A stretch of DNA of 64,000 bases, from positions 62,001 through 126,000 of the forward strand of contig JAPMXV010000044.1 in NCBI GenBank assembly GCA_026936335.1. Direction: 5' to 3'. The notes beneath the pieces are model-generated. The model saw only the letters and a program-made list of their open reading frames with translations. It was not told where the DNA came from and did not search any database. Both the position numbers and the translations under genes were made by a program. This document shows positions 23,690 through 35,176 of the stretch, one piece after another (the first letter of the stretch is position 1; every line of letters begins with the position of its first letter). This DNA is from Mantamonas sphyraenae STR306. Its lineage: Eukaryota > Protista > CRuMs.

Positions 23690-24037
23690 ATGAGCAAGAG
23701 TGTGCCTGCGTTCTCCCGTTGTCTCGTCGTCACATTTGTCAGCAGCGACGCACTTGAAGCCGTGTGCGACGCGTTGGCAGCCGCAGGCGCAGGCGTCCAA
23801 GGAGAGTACACCAAGTGCTCTTTTGTGCTTGAAGGCACAGGGCGCTTCTTGCCCTCGTTGGAAGCAGATCCACACACGGGCAAGGTGGGCGAGCTCGCCA
23901 AGGAGACGGAGCTCCGTGTGGAGACGTGGTGCCCTGCAGACGCAGCCAAACAGGTGGTGGCCGCCATCAAAGAAGCACACCCGTACGAAGAACCGGTCAT
24001 CCACGTCATGCCCTTGCTAGATGTGGAGGATTTGTGA
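23690..24037 (+). CDS. Stand-alone NIF3/YqfO PII-like domain protein (COG3323-like)
   Basis: DALAAAGAG.QGEYTKCSF...GTGRFLP...ADPHTGKVG...ELRVET...AHPYEEP signature. Confidence 0.85.
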   Translation: MSKSVPAFSRCLVVTFVSSDALEAVCDALAAAGAGVQGEYTKCSFVLEGTGRFLPSLEADPHTGKVGELAKETELRVETWCPADAAKQVVAAIKEAHPYEEPVIHVMPLLDVEDL

Positions 24038-24074
24038 TTGAATCCAGCGCGTCTGCTCTTCATTTTCCATCTCT

Positions 24075-27000
24075 TCAAATTTTCAGTCGCTTGGCGAGGC
24101 TCAGCAGGGTCTTGAGGCCGGTGAGCTCATGTCCAATCTCCTTAAAGTACGTCTTGGCGAGATCCTTCTGGAGCTTGGCGGCGGCGTCGTAGTTGCGCGA
24201 CTGCAAAGCGCCGGCGAGCTGCGGGAGGGCAGCCACGGCTTGGTCGGGAACCTCGCCGTTGGCCAGCTTGGCCAGCAGGTTCTCCAGACGCTTGGAGACG
24301 TCTGCAGCCTGCTTGTTCTGTGCGGTGGCCAGGTTTTGCGCCTGGATGGTCTCCAGGACAGCGGAAAACCCTGCCACGAGCGCCTTTTGCTCCTCGGTGG
24401 GCTCAGCCTGCACCTTCTGCTCCTCCACCTGCTTTTGCTTGCCTGCGTTGCCGCTGGAAGACATCTGTCCGCCTGTGTTGCCTCCCTGCATGCCGCCTGC
24501 GTTCTGCGCATTGCCTCCCATGCTGCTGCTGCTGCCGCTGCTGTTTCCGCTGCCGCTGCTGTTGCTGTTGTTCTTCTGTGCCTCCTTGGGGTTGAAGAAT
24601 TCCATGTTGCCCGTGTTGCCCATCATGTTGTTGGTGTTGGTGTTGACGTTGCCGTTGTTTGCGTTGTTGGTGTTGCTCGGCACGTACGGCGTGCCTTGGT
24701 TGACCGTGTTGTTCGAGTTGGGGTTGTACATGGCGTTGGGGTTGTAGAACTGTTGCTGCTGTTGCTGCTGCTGTTGCTGCTGCGCCGCTGCGGCTGCCTC
24801 CTGCGCCCTTCGCGCTTCGGCTGCCTGCCGTGCGGCCTGTTGTGCCGCCATCGAGTTCATGCCCTGCGGCGTGCCAGCGTTGTTCTCATACCTCGACGTG
24901 TCGATGGGTCCACTTGAGTACGGGTTGGCCTTTTGCTGCCCGCCTTGCTGCTGCACCTGCTGTTGCGCCTGCTGCTGCGCCTGTTGCGCTTGCTGCGCCG
25001 CCTGCTGCTGCTGGCGCTGCGCCTCTGCAGCCTGCATCTTGGCCGCCTGCTGGCTTTGCGTACCCACAAACACCGTTTTGTACGGCAGAGGCGGCGGGGC
25101 CATGTCCACGCGTCCCTGCAACGCAAAGAACAGCCTGTGCTTGAGCTCGAGCAACGAGTCGTCGCCCTCGCCTGGGCGTTCGTTTTCGCCCGCCAGCTGC
25201 AGGTAGCGCAGAGACGTCTCGAGTGCGCCCTGTGCTGCAAGCACCTGTGCGTAGCGGTTGTACACCTGCGTCATCACCGACGGCGGCGAGCGGCTGTCCA
25301 CGGACTTTTGGAAGATGACCATGCGTTCGACCAGCTCCTGCAGAGCCTCGTTCGTCTCCTGGCCCTTGGCCGTGCGCGTGTTGAACTCGTCCAGCCACAT
25401 CTGGCCCAGGCGTTCCATGTCTGCAGCGCACATGAAGCAAAGCATGGCTGCGTTGGTGTCGCCTGCCTCGTTGACCAGACGCTCGGCCAGAATCTGGCAG
25501 AAGCGCTGGAACTGGTCCTTTTGGGCAAAGGTGATGATCACACCCAGGGTCTCCTTCCACTCGGCCAGGTCCGAGCTCTCCACCACAGGGCTGATGTCCT
25601 TCTGCATCAGCGCCTGCAGCAGCTGCACGTGCTTAGCCTCGCGGCGCAGGTTCAAGTATGTGGCCTGTGTCTTGCTCCACAGCTCGCGGTTCATCGAAGC
25701 AAACATAATGGCGTCGGCATAATTGCCTGTGGCAAAGCATGTGCGCACCACAGCCTCAAAATCGCCTGTCTTGGCCGCGTTCCACAGCATCTTGTCCACG
25801 CTTGCGTCCTGCTGCGCCGCAAACGGCTTGGCGGGGAAGAACGGGCTCTCGGGCTCGGCCTCTGCCTCGTCCTCGTTCGTCACTGCCACCTCCTGTGGCT
25901 CGGGCTCGCTCTGTTCTGTCTGTGGCTCTGCGTTGATGGCAAAGCCTTCGTCGTCGCCTGCCGACGAGCCTCCAAACAGTTCCATGGGATCTGCCGCCTG
26001 CACGGGCGAGTCCTTGGCAGCGTCGTCGTCGCCGTCCTCTCCTTCGCCGGCTGCCGCCTCGGCCTCGGCTTCAGCTTCAGCTGCGTCATCGTTGCCGATG
26101 TCTGCTGCGTCGGCTGCACCTGCCTCTGCGGAGGCCTTGGGGCGCTGGTCCTCGGGCAGGCGGTCGTTGGTAAAGTCGCGCACCTCGTCGAGGAGGTCGT
26201 CCAGATCAAGGTCAAAGTAGTCCAGCAGCTGTTCACGCGAATCGTTCTTGAACAGGACGCCGAGCAGCTTCCACATCTGTGCGTCCTGCGGGTCCTTGGC
26301 CGCGGCCTGCTTCTCGTCGCAGAACTGAACAAAGGTCTCGTCAAACATGGTCTGCTCGAGCGCTTCGGACTGCTTCAGAAGGTCGTTCTCCTGGTTGAGT
26401 TTGTAGACGTGCAGGGACGGCGTGGGTGTCGCGGTCTTGCCCTTGCCTGCGCTGCTGTTGCTGGAAGACGACGACGACGACGAAGACTTTGCGTCATCGT
26501 CGATGCCACCGTTTGAAAAGGAGACCAGGCGGCCGCCAAAGCCAAAGGTGGCGCCGACGGGACGCTGGAGCCAGCGCGGTGCGTTGATGACTGCCTTGGA
26601 CTCGCCTCCGGCCGAGGAGATGTCGCCCAGGCCTTCGACGTTGTTTGTCTTTGAGGTGTGCACGTCTTGGAGGGAGTACACGGCGAGCTTGCTCTCGAAG
26701 GAACAGGTGCAGAGGACGGCGGGGATCTTGGGAGACCACTGGACGTCAAAGTTCCAGTTGGAGCTCTGGGGCAGCTCGCAGAGGATTTCGCCGGTGTTGG
26801 GGTTCCAACACAGCGTGCGGTTGTCCTTGCCACAAGTGAGCAGGAGGCCCGAGTCGTTGGGGCACCAGGAGACGGAGAGAATGCCTCGGTCATGGCCACT
26901 CATCTCCATGACGGGCTGGTAGGCGTTGCGCAGATCCCAGAGCTGCATGACGGGTCGCTTGTCGTCGTCAGAGGCAGTGATGATTTGGGTGCTGACCTCG

Positions 27001-28053
27001 GGGCTCCAGGCGATGGCCTTGTACTTCAGGGGCTTGTCAGGGTCGGTGAAGGAGATTGCGGCGCGCTTCTCCTTGACGTCCCACACAGTGGACATGCCGC
27101 TGCTACTGGTGGAGGCCATGATGTGGGCGACCTTGCGGTTCCAGGAGACACAAGAAATGTCCAGGGGACCTGTCTGGGACTTGTTCTTGGCGGCAAAGGA
27201 AAACACCTTTGGGGTTCCAGGCGCAGCAAGGTCCCACATGAAGATCTGTGCGGGTGATGGAGGGCAGTGTGGTGGCCAAGTGCGAGAGGAACGGGGTTGG
27301 GATGTGAGCATGGCGTTGGGGAAGTGGGGGCAGGCCCGGGAAGGGGCTGTTCCGTGACGAAGAGGGAAGGGCTGAAGAAATGCGCCCGCGGGTTTTCCCT
27401 CCCTCGCGGGTGTGGAAGGGCAGACGGACAGGAACGGACCTCGGAGTTGTTGGAGCCGGAAGCAAGGAGGTTAGGCTGGTGCGGGTTAAAGTCGAGACCG
27501 CGTACGGGGCCGCTGTGGTGCTCTGCGTGGGCGAGGACTGGGTCGCCGAGAGACGGGTCACTGTGCGCCGGCATGACGTCAGCTGGAAACGCTCGGCGGC
27601 AAGGGCAGGGGCGAGAGAAATGTCGGGACGAGGCGGGCAGGCGGGAGGACGAGGAGGGCAAGAATGGATGCAGGTGGGTGTGGAGGCAATGTGGGGCCCA
27701 TGGGTGGAGGTGTGGGAGGAAGGGAAAACGTACAGAATGGCAGCCGGGTTCCAGACACACAGGGCGCCGTTGTCAAGGCCGCCGGCAAGAATGCCATAGG
27801 GAAAGTCGTCCGAGGCGGTGGCTGTGCCCCACGCAAGGCGGTGGAAGCGGTACTTGACGGCAGCAGAGCCGAGGACGGGCATCTGGTCATCCTGCTCGCT
27901 GAGGTTGAGGGAGAAGAGCTCGAGCTGGGCGGTCGACTGGAACGTGTGGTCCATGTGGCCTGCCACGGTGCCAGCAGCCAGCAGATTGGGGTTCTGCGGC
28001 GTCGGACTCCACGCAATGGTGGCCGAGCGGTCGGCTTCTTTGAGTTTGCCCAT
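24075..28053 (-). CDS. SEC31: COPII coat subunit SEC31, 2 introns
   Basis: MGKLKEADRSATIAWSP, WD40 repeats, LWDLRNA, APRWLQRPVGATFGFGGRLVSF, Q/N-rich linker and C-terminal helical domain. Confidence 0.95.
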
Positions 28054-28150
28054 TGTGTGTGGTTGGTGGGGGTGTGTTTTTGGTGGCTGGGAGCGCGCTT
28101 CTGGCCAGCACATCTCCAGTCTCCCAGTTGCGCACACAAAGACACACACC

Positions 28151-28953
28151 ATGCAGGCGATCGACAATGTGCTCAAGCTGCCCTTCAAGGTGCTGCAAGT
28201 GCCGGACACGCGCCTGCGCATGCCGCGCCCGCAACGACCTTCGGCCATGACCATCTTTGCCCTCTTCTTTGTGTCCTACTTCCTGGTCATCTCGGGCATC
28301 ATCTACGACGTACGTGTGGCCTGGACGGGCGTGAGCGCATCCCTTGCGCATGTTGCATGTTGCCCTTTTGCCTGTCCCTGCGCTGTGTGACTGTGGTGGC
28401 CCCTGTGACGTGGTCAACATTTTCGTGACGCTGACGCCCTCGCTCCCTCGCCCACCTTGCCACCCGCACACTGTGCTGCGTGACCCTGGCGCACTTGTGA
28501 CCCCCCCACCGCGCGCAGGTCATTGTGGAGCCGCCTAGCATCGGCTCGCACCAGGATGAAACCGGCGCTGTGAAGCCTGTGGCCTTCCTGTAGGTTGCGT
28601 GCATGAGAGGCGTTTTCGCCACGCTCGGTCTCCTTGTTTGGCAAACGCGCACACCCTCTGACGCTGCCGCACTCGACTGCCCACGTGCCCTTGTGCACGC
28701 CTGTCTTGCCTCACCACACAGCCAATACCGTGTCAACGGACAGTTTATCATTGAGGGTCTGTCGGCTGGCGCCATGTTTGCCATTGGCGCAGGCGGCATC
28801 ATCCTGCTCGACAAGGCCTTTGCAAAGGAAAACGACGCGACCACGCGCTACTTGCTGCTCGGTCTGGGCTTCCTCGCCGTCGTCATGGCGTACAACATCT
28901 CCATCGTCTTTCTCAAGATGAAGATCCCGGGCTATCTTGTATCCAGTTCATAA
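28151..28953 (+). CDS. OSTC: Oligosaccharyltransferase subunit OSTC/DC2, 2 introns
   Basis: [36 protein letters not shown] and [10 protein letters not shown]. Confidence 0.93.
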
Positions 28954-28991
28954 ACGGCCTGCTTTTCATTCTCCCTCTCTCGACGCTGCAC

Positions 28992-29491
28992 TCAGAAGCC
29001 CCTGTGGCGCTTCCACAAGATCCATCGGATCTTCTCCTTGAGCTTGCGCCTCTGAATCCGCCTGCTCTGCTCCTTGCGCACACGCACGCGCATCTCGGCG
29101 GGCTTCTCGTGAAAGCGGCCCGAGCGAATCTCCTTGACAAAGCCTTCCTTGATCATCTTGCGCTTCAGACGCTTCATGGCGAGTTCTGTGTTGTTGTCAA
29201 TCACGTCGATGTGCATGCCCGTCCTGTTGGCTGTGTGTGTGTGCCATCGTATCCCTTGTGGGTCAGCATGTGCGTGTGTATGCCCGCCTGCCAGGCATGC
29301 AACTCACTCGGTGTGCTCGTCGAGAACCACCTGTGCACGCATGAAGGTCCTGTCCGTGCGGATGCGCCCCCTGTTGCATCCACGACCATCCCCACTTGCG
29401 TTGTGCTGCTGCGTTGCACACTGCGCAGCAGCATGCCCGTCATTTCCAGCCCAGCCGTTCTTGCCTCTGTGGCAAGCAACCTGGAGAACAT
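28992..29491 (-). CDS. MRPS21: Mitochondrial ribosomal protein bS21m, 1 intron
   Basis: Presequence [11 protein letters not shown]...; domain [23 protein letters not shown]...FHEKPAEMR. Confidence 0.85.
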
Positions 29492-29729
29492 CGTAGCGCT
29501 GGCCAGCCCAGCGCTTCCGAATCGTCATGTGAGTCTCTCTTTCCTGCCGTGCCCTCCTCAACCCGTCGATTTTGCATGTGCGCCAAGCCTGCTTTGTCCA
29601 CTTCCCGTTGGCGCCTCGTCTGCCTGTCGCCGGAAGGCCTGGCACGTTGCTGTGGCGTTTCCCGCTCAGCAGCTCGATTCCGCCGCTGACCCGTCCCGTT
29701 CGCTTCCTTCCCCTCACCCCTGCAGCACA

Positions 29730-31422
29730 ATGTCCAAGAAGAGCGAGCAAAAGGACGACCAGGTGGCCGACGCCATGGTGGAGGATGATAAGAAGAAGGA
29801 CGACAAGGGCAAGGGTAAAGCCAAGGAAGAGGACGAGAAGAAGAAGGACGCTCCGCTCAAGTCTCTCGACGCGGGCGACATCGAGCTCCTGAAGACCTAT
29901 GGCCAGGGCCCGTACGCCCGCCTCATCAAAACTGTCGAGGACGACATCAAGGACATCACCAAAAAGGTCGACGACGTCGCAGGTGTCAAGGAGTCTGACA
30001 CTGGCCTCACTCCGCCCACTCACTGGGATCTCGTCGCTGACAAGCAGATGATGTCCAGCGAGCAGCCTCTGCAGGTGTGTTGTGCCTTCCACATCCCGCC
30101 CTTGCCCGTTTGCTCTGTTGCTTGCCCTGTGCATTTGGCCCAATGCGTGCTGGCGTGCCGGACGGAAAAACTGACCCGCCCTCAATTCCCTCCCAGGTTG
30201 CCCGCTGCACAAAGATCATCAACGCTGGCCAGGACGACGCCAAGTATGTCATCAACGTCCGCCAGTACGCAAAGTTTGTCGTCGGCCTCGGCGAGAACGT
30301 GGCACCCACAGATATCGAAGAGGGCATGCGTGTAGGGTACGTATTCGACGCAACCGCTGAGCGTTTTCGCGCGCCTCTCATTCCTACCACCCGCCCTTCC
30401 GCCCGTCGGCGTCTCACATGTGCTGCGTTCCCTCGTTCCCGTGACATCCCCTCACCCACCAACACACACACACACACACACTCACACACATACGTACACG
30501 CACACATGCACAAACACACCACACCCTTCTACGCAAACACAGCGTGGAGCGCAACAAGTACTCCATCCAACTTCCGCTGCCGCCGCGCATCGACCCCACC
30601 GTGACCATGATGACGGTGGAGGAGAAGCCCGATGTGACGTACGACCAGGTGGGTGGATGTAAGGAGCAGATTGAACAGCTGCGCGAGGTGGTGGAGCTTC
30701 CCCTCCTTCACCCGGAGCGCTATGTCGACTTGGGTATCGACCCGCCCAAGGGTGTGCTGCTGTACGGACCGCCGGGCACAGGCAAGACCCTTGCCGCACG
30801 TGCTGTGGCCAACCGCACCGACGCCTGCTTCATCCGCGTCATTGGCTCGGAACTTGTGCAAAAGTATGTGGGTGAGGGTGCTCGCCTTGTGCGCGAACTC
30901 TTCCAGATGGCCAAGCAGAAGAAGGCCTGTATCATCTTTATCGACGAGGTGGACGCCGTCGGTGGTGCCCGCTTCGACGACGGCGCAGGCTCCGACAACG
31001 AAGTCCAGCGAACCATGCTCGAGCTCATCAACCAGCTCGACGGCTTTGACTCTCGCGGTAACATCAAGGTTCTGATGGCCACCAACCGACCAGACACCCT
31101 CGATCCGGCCCTCTTGCGCCCGGGACGTCTGGACCGCAAGGTCGAGTTTGGCGTTCCCGACCAGTCCGGCCGCTCCCAGATCTTCAGCATCCACGCAAAC
31201 GCCATGAACTGCGAAAAAGACATCCGCTTTGAGCTGCTTGCTCGTCTCTGCCCCAACGCTACCGGCGCAGACATCCGCAGCATCTGTACCGAAGCTGGCA
31301 TGTTTGCCATCCGCGATCGTCGCCGCACAATCGTCGAAAAGGACTTTCTCCGCGCCATTGACAAGGTGTTCAAGTCTGGCAAGAAGTTCAGTGCCACCAG
31401 TCAGTACCTGGTGTACAATTGA
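29730..31422 (+). CDS. PSMC2: 26S proteasome AAA-ATPase RPT1, 2 coding introns plus a probable 5'UTR intron (29529-29725)
   Basis: [46 protein letters not shown] and [11 protein letters not shown]. Confidence 0.96.
30462..30510 (+). repeat. Intronic (CA)n microsatellite; similar tracts near 23140, 23384, 35880, 53300 and 56211
   Basis: Directly visible; all lie in inferred introns. Confidence 0.85.
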
Positions 31423-31462
31423 TCAATCAAAATGAACCCCTTTTTTCTTCATCAACGTCACG

Positions 31463-32893
31463 TCATCCACTTTCGTTCAAGTCGGCTTCGTGCAGCTCAC
31501 ACACTTCGCCGTTGGGCATGCGCACGTCGCGTTCGTAGCCAAACCCAAGCTTCTCCAGGATACCCAGACTGATTTCGTTGTCTGGTTTCACCACTGCCAG
31601 CACGCGCGTAAGACGCAACCGGTCGCGTGCATCGCGCATGACCCCCTCAGCAGCCTCGGTGGCGTAGCCCTTCCCGCGATGCTGCTTGAGGATAACGTAT
31701 CCCACGTCGGGCACGTCTACGTCCAGGTATGGCCGGTCAAACAGGCCTGCGATGCCGATGGGCTCCTCCGGGTTGTCGCGCGTGGCCACCGCAAGTGCTC
31801 CGTACCCTTTCATGGCATACGATGTCATAGGATTCTCCCTCAGGTAATTTTCCGCCTTGCTCTGTGTGTCGATGCCACGATCGCCTCCGCAGAAGCGCAC
31901 AAAGTCCTCGTCGGCAAACAGCTCCATTACAAACGCTGCGTGCTCCAGATTCATCTCAAACAGCCGCAGCCGCTCCGTGACGATCTCGATCTCTTCGTCT
32001 TCCTTCTCTTCCGAGATGCCCTTTGCTGTGTGGATTGGCGACCCGAAAAAGTTGTCTTTGTCGTCGATCCATCTGTCCTCCACGCCCTCGCCCATCATTG
32101 TGACCCAGTTGACTGTAGGAACAGGAGCACAGGAGCGGAACAGAACGAGCGTGATTTGATGTCCCCCGTGTGGGTGTGTGGGTGGGTGGGTGAGTGTATG
32201 TGTGTGGGTGTGAGTGAGTGCGTGTGTGCTTTTGTATCGCTCGCTTCCCCTCCGACGACACCTACTTTCCAACGCCGGCGCAATTTGCTCGATATACACG
32301 CTGTCACGCTGCAGCGACCCCAGACTCAGCGAGTACAGGGATGTGTTGTGTTCGCCCAGCAGCGATGCAAAGGCACCCAACGTCTCGGCACCCATGGTCC
32401 TGTTGTTGGCCAGTCCCAGCTTGAGCAGACTCGAGTTTTCCTCCAGGCTGCGCGCCAACGCACACGCTCCGTCGTCGCCCACCTCGTTTGTGTTCAAGTA
32501 CAGCTTGCGCAGCGTGGTGTTCACTCGCAGCATGTCTGCCAGCGCAACAGCACCCTCGTCCCCAATCTTGTTTTCCATCAAACCCAGCACGCGCAGGGTC
32601 GTGTTGGTGCGCAGCAGATCGGCCATCAACGCTGCGGATGCGTCCCCAAGAGAGTTTCCACGCAAGGCCATAACCGTCAGCACCTCATTGTTGCGCAGGC
32701 CCTGACGCAGCAGCGGGAGCAGAATCGAATCCCCAAGCCTCTTCTGCACCAGCTCCAGCTTTGGCATGCTGCGCTTTTGCTCTGCAAACTTGGAAAAGAT
32801 GTCTTCAAAGAAGGCTTGGCGACGTGCCAGAGCCTCCTGCCTTGCCTGTTCCTGGAGATCCATCGCTGGGTGCCGCGGCGCACCGCTTTCCAT
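31463..32893 (-). CDS. RI-like leucine-rich-repeat plus RimJ/RimL-type GNAT acetyltransferase fusion, 1 intron (32113-32265); start 32893 or 32863
   Basis: LRRs such as NTTLRVLGLMENKIGDEGAVALADML. GNAT region IVTERLRL...DVGYVIL..HRGKGYATEAA...NEISLGILEKLGF. Confidence 0.8.
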   Translation of the reverse strand: MESGAPRHPAMDLQEQARQEALARRQAFFEDIFSKFAEQKRSMPKLELVQKRLGDSILLPLLRQGLRNNEVLTVMALRGNSLGDASAALMADLLRTNTTLRVLGLMENKIGDEGAVALADMLRVNTTLRKLYLNTNEVGDDGACALARSLEENSSLLKLGLANNRTMGAETLGAFASLLGEHNTSLYSLSLGSLQRDSVYIEQIAPALESRCRRRGSERYKSTHALTHTHTHTLTHPPTHPHGGHQITLVLFRSCAPVPTVNWVTMMGEGVEDRWIDDKDNFFGSPIHTAKGISEEKEDEEIEIVTERLRLFEMNLEHAAFVMELFADEDFVRFCGGDRGIDTQSKAENYLRENPMTSYAMKGYGALAVATRDNPEEPIGIAGLFDRPYLDVDVPDVGYVILKQHRGKGYATEAAEGVMRDARDRLRLTRVLAVVKPDNEISLGILEKLGFGYERDVRMPNGEVCELHEADLNESG

Positions 32894-32968
32894 TCCATTT
32901 TGCACTTGGCAACAACATGCCACACTTTGCTCCCCTCCTTTCTGTTCCCCTGTTTGCTCTTTCTTCCC

Positions 32969-34056
32969 TCACAGACGGTCCGAATCCACGCCGCCCGCCT
33001 CCCACATGAGGAGACCGCGTGCGTACGAGGCTGCGCCACTGCTGCTGCTGCTGCCGCCTTGCTGTTGGTCGTTGAACCACTTGAGATAGATGATGAGGCC
33101 GATGATGGCAGCCAGAACGAGGATGACAAAGGCCAGAATGAGCTTGTTGGTCACCACGCGTCGCTTCATAGCATTGAGAATGCGCTGCCCTCGGCTGACG
33201 TTTCCGTCCAGTTCATCGACGTTGTCGCGGATGTTGTACAGCTGTTGGCGCTGGTGTGTCAGATCCTCCAGGATGCCCGTGCCGATGGCTTCTGTCTCGG
33301 CCACAGTGCGCGTTGCGCCGCGGATGCGATCTGTGCTCTTGTCCAACCGGTTCGTGTTGTCCAGCAGACGCTGGCGTTGGTCCAACGACGATTGCATCTC
33401 GTCGTTGCTGGCCCCGTCAAACAGGGCGTCCCTGTTCACAGCCACCTGCGCTCGCTTGAAGTTGTTCTCCTGCGTTTTCAGGTCCGATTTGTAGTTGCGC
33501 AACCGCGTCTGCAGCTTTCCACGCGACTGTGGCGGGAGCCCGCGCACCTCCAGCTCCATTGTGCCCAACTGCATCCCCACACCAGATCACACATATGCCA
33601 ATCCGTGTGTGCGTGGCGTTGCCTCGGTGTCAGCGTCCTACACACGCGTCGAAACCTCCGCCCGCGCCCACACTTGCTCGTCCCACCAGAATTCACTCTG
33701 AGCGTGTACCGCTCTGCACACCGCCGTACACCTCGGCACACATTCTACCCAACCTCCTGCCCTTCCCACAGACGTCGGCAAACCTACCACTCCCTGTGCA
33801 TCGTCCAACTCCTTCTGTGTCTGCCGTGCTTCGGCCTTCTTTGCCTCTGGAGGGCATTTCGAGGGGCAAGTTAGCCGATTCGTTCCCAAACTCGCTCCGG
33901 GCCGGAATCCACAAACTCTGCTGCTGACCCTGCACACACCCTTTCCCTCCACTCACCTCCTTTGAGCTCTGGCAGCTTGGAAATGCGGCGCGAGATGCTG
34001 CTCGACAAATCCGAATACTCGCGCTCGTACGACTCGAAAAGCTCGCTGCTGCTCAT
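32969..34056 (-). CDS. VTI1: Qb-SNARE VTI1, 2 introns
   Basis: MSSSELFESYEREY, MELEVR, QRQRLL, ETEAIGTGILEDL..QRQQL and a C-terminal TM (NKLILAFVILVLAAIIGLIIY). Confidence 0.92.
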
Positions 34057-34189
34057 CTTGTTTTGGCTGCCACAGAATGCGCATGGACGTCCACGCAGCG
34101 GAGTGATTCGAGGGCAACATTGTAGGTACAGCTGGCCATCCTTGACGTCCCTTCATCACCCATCCCACGCTGCGAGCACTCGGCCAACG

Positions 34190-34299
34190 ATGACGAGCAC
34201 CCTGGCACCCGCGTCGTCGACTGCATCCAGCAGCAAACAGCACTCCAGCCACAGCACCAGTGGCAGCGGTGCAACACATTCCACAAAAGGACACATGAG

Positions 34300-34345
<46 letters not shown>

Positions 34346-35155
34346 TCCAGCAGCGTTGCCGACACCGACCTGCTTGTGCCTCTGTTTGTGCGTGTACGCA
34401 TGGGCGAACAGACACTCGTGTGCAGCACAGACTGCAGATGTGCCGTCCTCATGGACTTTCTTCGAATCAACTACGCCCTCACCGACCCGCAGGTCTCACA
34501 CATGGACCTCGATCTGGCAGACGCCGACGGCTGCCTCTACTCCATGGGCGACAATGCACACAAGCAGGCCAGTGAAGTGCTCAGTCCACGTGATACCCTC
34601 TTTCTTGTCCAAACAAATGGTGTGTTGTGCTCCCTCGTGCATGTCTGTGGCGCTGCCGTTGTCCGCTAGCCGTTTCCCCGCGTCCCAGCTCTAAACCATC
34701 CCTGCTGCTTCCAGGATGCTGACCTCCGACCGTCACACCTCCAGCCGTCGATGAAGAAGGACAAATGCATCCAGTGGTGCTTGTAGAATACACAGAGGCT
34801 GATCCGGAGGACGACAGGCTGACCGAAGGTAAGGCAGGCATCGCCACTCTGCACCCTCCCCACATACCAACCCACGCCATGCCATATACTGACCCACGTA
34901 TGCATGTTTGGGCGCGTCAACACAGTCAATCCCGACAGCGAACCCATGGATCCCATGGACAAGTACAACGAACGCATCAAGGCCAAGCGCGACGAACAGG
35001 CTGCAGCCAACGGCAACACAGGAGGTTTGGGTGTGGCCAGATCCGATCAACGTCGCCTCAGCGCAAGCAAAAAGAGCCTGGGCAAGCCCAAAACACCGAA
35101 AAAGGGCCGCAAGACACGGTCCAGGGGAGGAAGGTCGCAGAGAGGAGGCGCCTGA
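34190..35155 (+). CDS. CXorf65/C22orf15-like small ubiquitin-like-fold protein, 2 introns; start uncertain (34190 or 34295)
   Basis: FVRVRMGEQTLVCSTDCRCAVLMDFLR...LDLADADG...ASEVLSPRDTLFLV resembles the CXorf65 family as I recall it; basic C-terminal tail. Confidence 0.55.
34296..34345 (+). repeat. (AGC)n tract encoding poly-Ser
   Basis: Directly visible. Confidence 0.9.
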
Positions 35156-35176
35156 GTCGCCAACCAAAACCCAGCA

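Noticed and set aside
23690-24037. Bacterial contamination or chimeric contig suggested by the SSB, NIF3-like, GNAT and GH genes
   Set aside because: They are interleaved with intron-containing eukaryotic genes at similar composition, and SSB and the LRR-GNAT gene contain spliceosomal introns.
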